From Clostridia bacterium (lineage in GTDB: Bacteria; Bacillota; Clostridia; JAAYHZ01), in contig JBMNIH010000004.1 of NCBI GenBank assembly GCA_050950825.1, positions 416,001-480,000 on the forward strand: DNA of 64,000 nt, written 5' to 3'. A program made the position numbers and the translations under genes. Shown one piece after another: positions 40,046-49,027 of the stretch (positions within the stretch are counted from its first letter, which is position 1; the number at the start of each line of letters is the position of its first letter). Below the pieces are notes generated by a model, which had not been told where the DNA came from, made no database searches, and was given only the letters and a program-made list of their open reading frames with translations.

Positions 40046-41485
40046 TTAAGCTGCTTGGTGCTCCAAAATATAGTACTGTGCCATGTCAAGCAACTCCAAC
40101 CATTTGGCTGGCATATTAGGGAGCTTCGTAACTCCCGGGATATTGACAGGAACTCTATAACCCAGAGATTTATGTGGTCTTAAGAAATTATGCCAAGTCG
40201 TAAATAGCGTTAAATAGTTTTGGCAGTTATCAAAGGCTCCAAAGCCATTGGTTGACTTGTAATAACGCTTTAAAGTACGGTTGAGTCGTTCAATAACCTG
40301 TTTAAGTGGTCTGTACTCTTCGGAAACGGGATCGTCATTGGTTAGCCCAATAACTTGTGTTACATCGAAGTGAATGCCGTGGCTCGCAAAGAAGTGCTGA
40401 GCCAGCAGATAGATGGGGTTTCCATCAAAGACCATGTTCAGTTTCTCAGGAATCTCCTTGTATTTTGATAAAGTATCATCAATAGCCTTGATAGCGGCAA
40501 CGGTGTCTCTGTTGGGAGAGACATGATGAGAGGTGATAATTTTCTTAATGGTATCAAAGATGAAGAAGACATAATGCCATTTACCATTGACTTTGACGTA
40601 GGTTTCATCGCCACAGATAGAGCTGGTCAATGGATAGTCATAGTTATCCACAAAAGGTTTGAGTAGCATTGCTGCAGCGTTGCCATAGTTGATGACAGTC
40701 TGATGGGAGATGTTAACTCCATGGATATCCCGCATGATGGATGCAACCATTCTTGAGCTCATGCCATAGTTTACGTAGTAAGAGAGAATTAACCCTAAGG
40801 TATAGGGTGAGGAATGGATTTTGGAAAGATCCACATCAGGCATTACAGGTGATTCTTTTGATAATGGTTTAAGCTTGATTGTAAATTCCCTGTGTATGTA
40901 GTGGAGTTTGAACGCCTGTGGATCTGCTATATAGCGATTACGTTCCTCGGAACTAAGTCTTTTGAGGTTGGATAAATAGAAGGAGCATTTGGGATTTTTG
41001 CATTTAAAAACATTAAAATCCTTACGCTTTTTGATTCTCTCCAGAACCCTGTTACAGTGAGGACAACGGAGGGCTACACTCTTTAAGTAGTCAGTACTGT
41101 TACCGAAGGTGAAGTCACACACTTTGCAAAGATATTGAGTATTTTTGGCTTTACCATTATTCCTGTAAATATAGGAATGAGGAGCACCACACTTGGGGCA
41201 AAGAATATCTTCTGAAACTGGAAGACAGCCTTTACGGCGTGAGACAGGCTTCAATGGCTTTCCATGCTCGGCAAAATATTCTTTAAGAAGTTGGAGGTAA
41301 TCAAGCCGTTCAAAAGATTCAACAACAGGCATAGAATCCACCTGAAGCTTCCGGTATTCCTTGCGTACAGGCTCGTCATAGAGTTTCTTCAGGGAATATT
41401 TGCCCAAGTTAATCCACATGAGATAAATAATAATTTTTAATTGTATTTGAATTGTTAAGCACAATGATAGTATAATATTACTCAA
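40046..41485 (-). CDS. DDE transposase (IS6-like) with N-terminal zinc ribbons
   Basis: CPKC/CKVC/CPHC/CKNPKC, DETYVKVNGKWHY, VFDG, IERLNRTLK, RPH. TTG start with AGGAG RBS. Confidence 0.85.
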   Translation of the reverse strand: MSNIILSLCLTIQIQLKIIIYLMWINLGKYSLKKLYDEPVRKEYRKLQVDSMPVVESFERLDYLQLLKEYFAEHGKPLKPVSRRKGCLPVSEDILCPKCGAPHSYIYRNNGKAKNTQYLCKVCDFTFGNSTDYLKSVALRCPHCNRVLERIKKRKDFNVFKCKNPKCSFYLSNLKRLSSEERNRYIADPQAFKLHYIHREFTIKLKPLSKESPVMPDVDLSKIHSSPYTLGLILSYYVNYGMSSRMVASIMRDIHGVNISHQTVINYGNAAAMLLKPFVDNYDYPLTSSICGDETYVKVNGKWHYVFFIFDTIKKIITSHHVSPNRDTVAAIKAIDDTLSKYKEIPEKLNMVFDGNPIYLLAQHFFASHGIHFDVTQVIGLTNDDPVSEEYRPLKQVIERLNRTLKRYYKSTNGFGAFDNCQNYLTLFTTWHNFLRPHKSLGYRVPVNIPGVTKLPNMPAKWLELLDMAQYYILEHQAA

Positions 41486-41599
41486 GGTGATAATCTCCTT
41501 TCGGGTGATATTTGATTGGTGCTACTTGAGAATATTATACCAAAGGGTTATCACCTTTTCTAATGCAAATCAATTCAGATGCTATTCAAAGAAATTATC

Positions 41600-41782
41600 T
41601 TGTTGTGGATTTGTGGAAAAGTTCATTCCGGCAAGAATCGCTAAGCAAAAGGCCGTGGACAAAATCATGGATAAACCATGGAAAACCCTGAAGGGTTTCC
41701 CACACCTTACCCACAATTTTGCCCACAACCTTCAGCAAGCAATTCTAAGCCACAATAAACTTTACCACAAGCTCCACAACAA
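41600..41782 (-). ncRNA. Candidate structured RNA/ssDNA hairpin in the IS upstream region
   Basis: Nested inverted repeats. Inner 34-bp stem has 25 Watson-Crick pairs, 8 minus-strand G-U pairs and 1 mismatch. Confidence 0.55.
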
Positions 41783-41924
41783 CTACTGCTGCTATAAAAT
41801 AACAATAAAAACATAAATAAACTCTGGATATTTTCCAATTTTCAGGGGGGATACAAGAATAACTGGTGAAAGCCAGTGAAATAGATGGTTTAGGTCAAAA
41901 TTCGTTCAGAATTTTTGACACTAC

Positions 41925-44708
41925 GAGCTTCCCGCAAAGAGGCAGTTTTATGAATGGATGGGAGTGAGCGAAAACGATTTTTCCGACCTTATCGTAAAGG
42001 GCACCTATGAAAACGGCAAGGTGGTCAACCCCATGCCGCTTACGGCAAGCAATTTTACAATCGACAGGCGCCCCGGGGAAGACCGCAAGGTTACCATAGC
42101 GGTGGACAATGAAAAGGTTTCGTTCACGATTGATATAGAACCTCGAAAGGTGGTAGCACTGGAACTCCTTTCACCGCCTGATGTAATCAATTATTATGTG
42201 GGAGAATCCTTCAACAAAATAGGCATGGCAGTAAGATACCGTTTCAACTCAGGGGAAACGGTAGATATGATGGACCTCTACCTGGATGACAGCTGTTTTA
42301 GCGGCTTTGACAGCAGGACGCCGGTAATGTGCCAGATAGTTACCTACAGGGTGGATGACGCATCCGTAAGCTTTACTGTCAATGTCCAGGAGTATAAGCT
42401 GATGGGCTTGAGGATCGACAGATTACCCTACAGGGAATGGTTTTACCAGTATGAAGAGCTCAGTTTGGAGGGTATGAAGATTACCGGCCTCATGCCCTAT
42501 GGCGAGGAAAGAGATATGGAGTATGTCCTTTGGGAAATTTCCGGCTTTGACAGCCGCAAGCCGGTACAGGACCAGGAGGTGACCATTCGGATAGAGGACC
42601 GGACCGTCTCCTTCACAGTGGATATTCTGCCCCCGGTGGAAGTCAAAAGCCTGACGTTCAGGGATACGATTAAAGAAGAGTATCTGCTGGGCGAGTCTTT
42701 GGATATGATGTATCATGACTTGGGCGCCACATATACCGGATATGCTTACAACCCTGTCACTAATAATGTGGAACTGAGGGAATTTGGCGTCAATATTTGG
42801 CCTACGGCGGAAGAAATCAGCGGCTTTGACAGCAGCCAGCCTCAAGACAACCAGGTATTGTCCTTTACCTTCGGAGGATTGACAGCGACCCAAACAATAG
42901 ATATCGTGGAGCCGGAGCTTTTAAGCCTCCGTGTCATACCCTCCAAGCCCACCTATTATACGGGGGATGTGCTGAAACCCGAGGAGCTGACGGTACTTTG
43001 TACCTATGAAAACGGATATATACGCACCATGCCGGCCGGTTCCTATCTCATCAGCGGATTTGACAGCACAAAGCCTGTTCAGGATCAGAGGGTTACGGTA
43101 TCTTACAAGGGTCAATCGGATTCCTTCTTCATACAGGTACTGCCCCTTGAGTTGAAGAGCATCAGCGTCAATCCGGGGCTGACGAATTATTACCTTGGGG
43201 AACAGTTTAATCGATCGATGCTGAGGGTAAGCGCCCACTACAACAGTGGTGCAATAAAAGCAGTGTCTCCCGAACTGGTGCAAATCAGCGGCTTTGACAG
43301 CAGCAGGGAAGCGACGGGGCAGGAGGTTGTCGTAAGCTATCAGGGCAAGCAGGACAGTTTCCTGGTGAATATTTTAAGCGGTACTCGCCCTGACGAGCCC
43401 GGGGAAGAGCCCGGCAACGATCCTGGAGAAGAACCCGGTGGAGAGCCCGGCGAAGAACCCGGTGACAAACCTGGCGATGAAACGGGTGATGAACCTGGTG
43501 ACGCCGAGGACACAACAACTACAACGCCTTCCGGTAGTGAAAACACCCTGTCCGTCACGCCCAGCCTGGATAAAGACACCGGAAAGGCAATCGCAGCGGT
43601 TGAAGAGACGAAACTTCAGGAAGCTTTCGACAAGCTGGATGAAGATGAAGAGGGTGTCAGGAAGATATCTATAGAAATATCCACGGTGGAAGAGGCAAAG
43701 GCTTATGTGGCGGAACTGCCATCCGGCTTCTTAACCGAAAAGGGAGCGGAAATACAGCTGGAGATAAAGACCGGTGTAGGAACGGTTACTGTTCCGGGCA
43801 ACATGCTGGCCAATATTCCGGAGACTTTTGGGAAAACAGCCGGTATCACCATCGGCCGGGGCGACAAGTCAGCCTTACCGGAGGAAGTACAGGAAGCTAT
43901 TGGCGACAGGCCTATTATCCGGCTCGCCCTGACCCTGGATGGAGAGCAAGTCAACTGGAACAACCCGGGCGCGCCGGTGACGGTGAGTATTCCTTATACA
44001 CCGACGGAGGAAGAACTTAAGAACCCCGAAAGCATTGTCATCCGGTACATTGACGGCAGCGGCAATGTAATTTCGGTGCCCAACGGGCGCTACGACCCCG
44101 AATCCGGAACCGTCACCTTCACCACCACTCATTTCAGCTATTACGCCGTAAGCTTCAAGCCGGTCAGCTTTAAGGACGTGCCGGGGGATGCGTGGTATGC
44201 GAAGGCGGTTTCCTTCATCGCTGCAAGGGAGATTACCCTCGGCACGGGAGGCGGCAATTTCAGCCCGGAAGATAAGCTCACCAGGGGACAATTCATCGTC
44301 ATGATGATGAGAGCCTATGGTATAGCCCCCGATGAAGACCCTAAGGACAACTTCAAAGATGCGGGCAACACCTGGTATACCGGGTATCTGGCTGCGGCCA
44401 AGAGGCTTGGCATATCGGCGGGCGTGGGCAACAACTTATTCGCACCGGAAAATGCCATCACCCGCCAGGAGATGTTTACCCTTTTATACAACGGGTTGAA
44501 AGTCATAGAGAAGCTACCGCGGGGCAATTCCGGTAAAACCCTTTCCGACTTCAGCGATGCCGATGAGATTGCTCCCTGGGCGATGGATGCCATGAAGCTC
44601 CTGGTGGAAACCGGCATGGTGAGTGGCAGCGGAAACAAGCTTTCACCGAAGGATACCACGACCAGGGCGCAGATGGCTCAGGTATTTTACAACCTGCTTT
44701 CAAGATAA
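41925..44708 (+). pseudogene. 5'-truncated surface protein: bacterial Ig-like repeats plus three SLH domains
   Basis: Five SGFDS repeats, EPG linker, TTHFSYY, SLH motifs (TRGQF, TRQEM, TRAQMA). The frame is open to the IS end, with no signal peptide or RBS. Confidence 0.8.
43392..43499 (+). repeat. Nine degenerate 12-bp coding tandem repeats (xEPG linker)
   Basis: GAAGAACCCGGT-like units encoding DEPG EEPG NDPG etc. Confidence 0.8.
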
Positions 44709-44725
44709 ACAGGTCTTTATCCACA

Positions 44726-44761
44726 TGAAACAGCGTCAACGAATCCGTTGACGCTGTTTCA
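44726..44761. terminator. Hairpin between convergent genes
   Basis: TGAAACAGCGTCAACG/CGTTGACGCTGTTTCA perfect 16-bp stem. Confidence 0.7.
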
Positions 44762-44770
44762 ATGAAATTT

Positions 44771-44872
44771 TCATTGTATATCGATTCTTCTCCCTTTAGT
44801 TTTTTTGGGTTCTACTTTGGGAACGGTTATGGACAGAATACCGTCTTTATATTCCGCTTTTGCCTGTTCAGA
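44771..44872 (-). pseudogene. C-terminal fragment of an Hsp20 small heat-shock protein
   Basis: Manual translation AKAEYKDGILSITVPK..GRRIDIQ*, preceded by an in-frame stop. Confidence 0.75.
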
Positions 44873-45116
44873 CTATAGGCTCCTTCCAATAAACCTTTTA
44901 AGGACAGGAAAATAGAATTAACCTTCCACCGGTACACATTACTAACAGTTGTGATTTTATCTATAACTGCTATTGCCTTGGGGTCTAATAGCTTGCCTGC
45001 CCGGGTTATATCACTTGCACTGCTTTGGCAAGCTTTTACATTGACACCTGTGGGACATAGATTTATTGGCTTATGCGATTTCCTGCTTACTTTAAATAAG
45101 AAGAGAGGCGAATTAG

Positions 45117-45389
45117 ATTGATCCGGATTATATAACCAATAGGCACCGTAATCTGCTAAAAAAAGCCGGGTTACCCCCTATCAGATTCCACGACCTGAGA
45201 CATTCCTGCGTAGGTTTGATAATGGCAAATGAAGTACCTATGGAGCGTATCAGAGATTGGGTTGGTCATAGCGACATCCGGACAACGGTTAACATCTATG
45301 GGCATCCGGAATACCAATCAAAGAAAATGACAGCAAAGATTATCGAAAAGTCTTTACCTCTTAAAAAGGTAGGAGCTGCTAATCTTTAG
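45117..45389 (+). pseudogene. C-terminal fragment of a tyrosine integrase
   Basis: Manual translation IRFHDLRHS..WVGHSDIRTTVNIYGH, with no start, ending 19 bp from the tRNA 3' end. Confidence 0.88.
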
Positions 45390-45408
45390 AATTAACAGCT
45401 CCATGATA

Positions 45409-45496
45409 TGGCGGAGGGTTAGGGATTTGAACCCTAGATACCTTGCGGTACACTGGTTTTCGAGACCAGCTCCTTCAGCCTCTCGGACAACCCTCC
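45409..45496 (-). tRNA. tRNA-Ser (anticodon CGA)
   Basis: GGAGGGT/ACCCTCC acceptor stem, CTGGT-CTCGAAA-ACCAG anticodon arm, long variable arm, GTTCAAATC T-loop, GCCA end. Confidence 0.95.
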
Positions 45497-45548
45497 AAGT
45501 TAAATTATACTCTTCCTTATTCTATTCATGCGACTTGGTCGCTTGTAT

Positions 45549-45577
45549 ATTGTACTAGAAAGAAAGCGGCTTGTAAA
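45549..45577 (-). promoter_or_regulatory. Putative sigma-A promoter of tRNA-Ser
   Basis: TTTACA-N17-TACAAT. Confidence 0.55.
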
Positions 45578-45668
45578 GCGGAAAAATGAAGAATAAATCT
45601 AAAACTCTTCGTGTATTTTCCGCTTATCGTTCGTCAATCCTTTCCTTCCTCGCTCGTAATACCCGTCG

Positions 45669-46766
45669 TTACTTTTTCGATACATATTCATTCCCTCGAA
45701 TATAAAAACGCCAAGGATAGTCCGCCGCCTCTTCCGCATAATCGATATTGATTCTTTTCGTGGTAACAATGTCCGGGGGCTTGAATTTATGGGGACGAGC
45801 AATGTAAATCTCGTCTTTCGTAAGATCCGTCCCGTTGTGTTCCTTCGTAAGCCCCAAAGCCATACACAATTTTCCGGGACCGTTGGTCAAACCGATCCTT
45901 TTTTTCTTGTCCAGTTTTTCGTAAGGCTCGCCGTAGCGGAGCAAGGACATGGTATTCAACCCCTCAACGGGTTCTACCGCACGTATCAACACGGCGGAAG
46001 GGATTCCTTCCGGACGAGTGACAATATTCAAGCAATAATACATCCCGTAAATGAGGTAAATGTAAGCACGGCCGGGAGGTCCGTACATGACCTCGGTACG
46101 GGGTGTACGCGTATCGTTGTACGTGTGGGAGCCCTTGTCCTCAATTCCGCAGTACGCCTCCGTTTCTACAATCCTTACCGTGAGACGCTCTCCGTTGTAA
46201 TTTCGAATAATGTAAGCACCTAGAAGCGCTTTTGAAAGGTGAACCGTATCGTTGTCAAAGTACAGCTCTGAAAGCTTATACACATTCGTACCGTCGCTTA
46301 AAGAAAATTTCGTTCGGACTTCTTGAAAGAACCCGGTTAAAAGCTTTCGTGATTCTTCTTCCAAAAGAGGAAAGAAGTATTGCGTTTTTCGGTTCCCGAA
46401 ATGCCGGTCCAGTAAATCCGCTTTCGTCGTAACGGCACCGGCGGTTTCGTCCGGAGCACCGAAATAAAGCTTTCCTATACGGGACTGCATGATGGCGCCG
46501 GCACACATGGGGCAAGGCTCCAATGTGACATACATCTCGCATTCATGCAAAGATCGATAGCCTAAAGCGGCGCAAGCCGCTTCAATGGCATTGATCTCTG
46601 CATGACGCACCGGATTGCCGGATTGCTCCGTTGTGTTATGGGCTCTTGCAATAATGGTGTCGTTACGGACAATAACTGCTCCTACCGGAATTTCGCCAAT
46701 GCTGTATGCTTTTTTGGCTTCCAATAGCGCTTCCGCCATATATTTTATTTCTTTGGTCATGATCAC
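45669..46766 (-). CDS. tadA: Fusion: TadA tRNA adenosine deaminase plus AAG/MPG-family 3-methyladenine/hypoxanthine DNA glycosylase
   Basis: EIPVGAV, HAE, TLEPCPMC (aa 1-152), then IVETEAY, YGMYYCLN, AVLIRA, GPGKLC, PWRF, in one frame. Confidence 0.85.
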   Translation of the reverse strand: MIMTKEIKYMAEALLEAKKAYSIGEIPVGAVIVRNDTIIARAHNTTEQSGNPVRHAEINAIEAACAALGYRSLHECEMYVTLEPCPMCAGAIMQSRIGKLYFGAPDETAGAVTTKADLLDRHFGNRKTQYFFPLLEEESRKLLTGFFQEVRTKFSLSDGTNVYKLSELYFDNDTVHLSKALLGAYIIRNYNGERLTVRIVETEAYCGIEDKGSHTYNDTRTPRTEVMYGPPGRAYIYLIYGMYYCLNIVTRPEGIPSAVLIRAVEPVEGLNTMSLLRYGEPYEKLDKKKRIGLTNGPGKLCMALGLTKEHNGTDLTKDEIYIARPHKFKPPDIVTTKRINIDYAEEAADYPWRFYIRGNEYVSKK

Positions 46767-46799
46767 ACGAATGTCGTTCCTTCTATCCTCACGGAATTT

Positions 46800-47786
46800 T
46801 TATCGTAAACTCGGTATGTATTTTTTCTCTCCGTCTTTTGCCGATTCGGCGGCCAAAAGCGTGGCAATAGCCGACATTCCGCCGTCCCAAGCGGGAACGG
46901 CACATTCGATTCCCTTCGTAATACAGTCTAAGAAATGGTCGACCTCCGGCCCGTAGGGATGAGAAGGTATAAACAGCTCGCTCGGCAAATCGATCCACAT
47001 GCTGCCTAAAGCATCGATGCAGATTTTTCTTTGCACCAAGGAAGCCTTTGTTCCGTAAATTTTCAGGTTATACATATCCGGACAAGGTCCGGGAGACCCG
47101 TAAAGGCAGGTCACTTTTCCTATGGCTCCGCTTTTGAATTTGTAGGTGGCGACGATGGATGTTTCTTCACGCATTTCCTTGTATGTGATGTGGTTGGAAA
47201 TGGCATTGACCTCCGTAACTTCTCCCGCATACCATCTCATAAGATCCAAAGGATGGCAGCCGCCGCCTACCATGGGAATTTCGTCGGTAACCTTCCACTT
47301 TTCCATAAAGTATTGGTATCTTAAGTCGTGAATATAGTCGGCTTCCAAATATGCGATTTCACCGAAGAACCCGGAGTCCACCAACCGTTTAATGGCGGCG
47401 TATTGTCTGACAAATCGCAAGACTTGCCCTACTTGGCTGACGAGATTCGGATGCTTTTCCGCTTCCTGAACCATCTCCAAAACGTCTTCGATCCTGTTGG
47501 CCATGGGTTTTTCCACGAAAACATGCTTGCCTTTCTTCAAAGATAAAAGAAACGGTTCTTTGTGGGCCGAATCCCCCGTGTGAATCGATACGGCATCCAG
47601 CTCCGGTATATCCAAAACGGAATAATCCGTGTAAACGGCCGCATGGAATTTTTCACCGGCGTATTTCGCTCTTTCTTGGTCAATATCGCATACGGCAATC
47701 AGTCGGCTTTTCGGATTTTTAGCATACTCCTCGCAAAAAGCCAAACCGTTATGCCCCAATCCGATTACGGCAACATTAACAGTCAT
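46800..47786 (-). CDS. Gfo/Idh/MocA family oxidoreductase
   Basis: VIGLG, GKHVFVEKPMA, GCHPLD. Confidence 0.9.
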   Translation of the reverse strand: MTVNVAVIGLGHNGLAFCEEYAKNPKSRLIAVCDIDQERAKYAGEKFHAAVYTDYSVLDIPELDAVSIHTGDSAHKEPFLLSLKKGKHVFVEKPMANRIEDVLEMVQEAEKHPNLVSQVGQVLRFVRQYAAIKRLVDSGFFGEIAYLEADYIHDLRYQYFMEKWKVTDEIPMVGGGCHPLDLMRWYAGEVTEVNAISNHITYKEMREETSIVATYKFKSGAIGKVTCLYGSPGPCPDMYNLKIYGTKASLVQRKICIDALGSMWIDLPSELFIPSHPYGPEVDHFLDCITKGIECAVPAWDGGMSAIATLLAAESAKDGEKKYIPSLR

Positions 47787-47820
47787 ATTTCACCTCATCA
47801 TACTATTTCATTTTCTTTTT

Positions 47821-48852
47821 TTAATAAGCTCCGAAATCCCGGCCCGCTTTGACCATGGCCTTAATATTCTCTTCGGGTACATCTCTCGGTATCATTTCAC
47901 CGGAATTGTAAATATATCCGCCTCCCGGTTTCCCCTTCAGCATGACTTGCTTGGCGTCTTCGTATACTTCTTCCGCCGTTTTTTCCAGCAACGTTTCAAT
48001 GGGGTTCACGTTACCGATAATGCAGACTTGATCCCCGATGGCAGCCTTTACTTCGCCGATATCCACTCCCGGTCCTGCGCTGACGGCGCTGACACCGGTT
48101 TTAGCCATGGCCTTCAAATGGGGTATGGAGTGCTCGCTTGCGTGGTAGAAGGACCAACCACCTGCGGATTTGAAATTCTCTGCGCAGACTTTAACGCCTT
48201 CGAATGCAAATTCCATAAAGGTATCAACGCTGATTAAATGTCCGGATGCATTGCAGTCTCCTACCCATAATGCATCGGCTCCGGCCTTAATTTGTTCGAT
48301 ACCCCAAAGGGTTTGCATTTCGGTAAAGAACTTCACCGTATCCTTCACCAGCTGAGGATTATCGTATATTCCCAAATAAGTAGGCATCATTCCATACAAC
48401 AGCGTTACGGATGACAAGGGGGCGGCCACTCTTCCGGTGACGCAAACGGTATCTCCGAACTCGTCTTTTATTCTCTTAATGGCGTCAAGCAATACCGGCA
48501 TACGGCCTTCCTTTTTGAAATCGGGAATTCTTAAATTATGATACGTTTCATAAGAAAAAGGAAGATAATCGCATGTTGCCGGCAAAATGTTTCCGCCGCC
48601 TTTTACGCCTACACCCAAGACCTCGAACTCGATGCAGTCGTCCACTTGAAGCCATGCCCAATCGTAATCGTACTTTTTAATGGCATTGATTTGGCTTTCC
48701 GCCATCAGCTTCGAGTTGCTGTTGTAGTCACAGTACATGATACCCGACATACGAACGTCAAATTCTTCGCTTAACGCAAAAACGGGAACTCTGCTCGGGA
48801 CCTCGAGTCGAATGCATTTTTCAATATCTTTTATCAAACCTTTATAAGCCAT
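47821..48852 (-). CDS. URO-D/MtaA-like family protein
   Basis: RVPVF, GRMPVLLDAI, AAPLS, GADAL, IGNVNP, GGYIY, VPEENI. Confidence 0.85.
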   Translation of the reverse strand: MAYKGLIKDIEKCIRLEVPSRVPVFALSEEFDVRMSGIMYCDYNSNSKLMAESQINAIKKYDYDWAWLQVDDCIEFEVLGVGVKGGGNILPATCDYLPFSYETYHNLRIPDFKKEGRMPVLLDAIKRIKDEFGDTVCVTGRVAAPLSSVTLLYGMMPTYLGIYDNPQLVKDTVKFFTEMQTLWGIEQIKAGADALWVGDCNASGHLISVDTFMEFAFEGVKVCAENFKSAGGWSFYHASEHSIPHLKAMAKTGVSAVSAGPGVDIGEVKAAIGDQVCIIGNVNPIETLLEKTAEEVYEDAKQVMLKGKPGGGYIYNSGEMIPRDVPEENIKAMVKAGRDFGAY

Positions 48853-49027
48853 TCGGATATTCCTCCTTACACTTTTACAGCATTATAGCATATATTTGCT
48901 TTTCCTTAAAATCGTTTCTCGTAATTTCATGTTAATTATGAATTCTTACGGTTGTTTTCACAATTGAAGTTAGTATATGGTATAATATACATAAATCAAA
49001 ATCCCAAACGAAAAGAGACTAACCCGC

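Larger units (their letters stand above)
39832..41924 (-). mobile_element. IS6-like insertion sequence (about 2.1 kb)
   Basis: Perfect 13-bp terminal IRs GTAGTGTCAAAAA (39832-39844) and TTTTTGACACTAC (41912-41924). Confidence 0.8.
37294..45408. mobile_element. Decayed integrative genomic island at the tRNA-Ser(CGA) 3' end
   Basis: Integrase remnant next to the tRNA 3' end, tRNA fragment at the far side, three IS elements, truncated genes. Confidence 0.65.

Noticed and set aside
41600-41782. oriC or plasmid origin
   Set aside because: Boxes are degenerate, lie inside IS terminal IRs, and no dnaA, dnaN or rep gene is nearby.
41487-41816. 109-aa ORF in the IS upstream region
   Set aside because: No RBS or recognisable motif; it overlaps the hairpin, which explains its composition.
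42290-43500. Repeated GGCTTTGACAGC and 12-bp units as an array
   Set aside because: Explained by coding SGFDS Ig-like repeats and the EPG linker.
44717-44725. Perfect DnaA box TTATCCACA
   Set aside because: Single copy; others occur inside coding regions (541, about 40644), compatible with chance.
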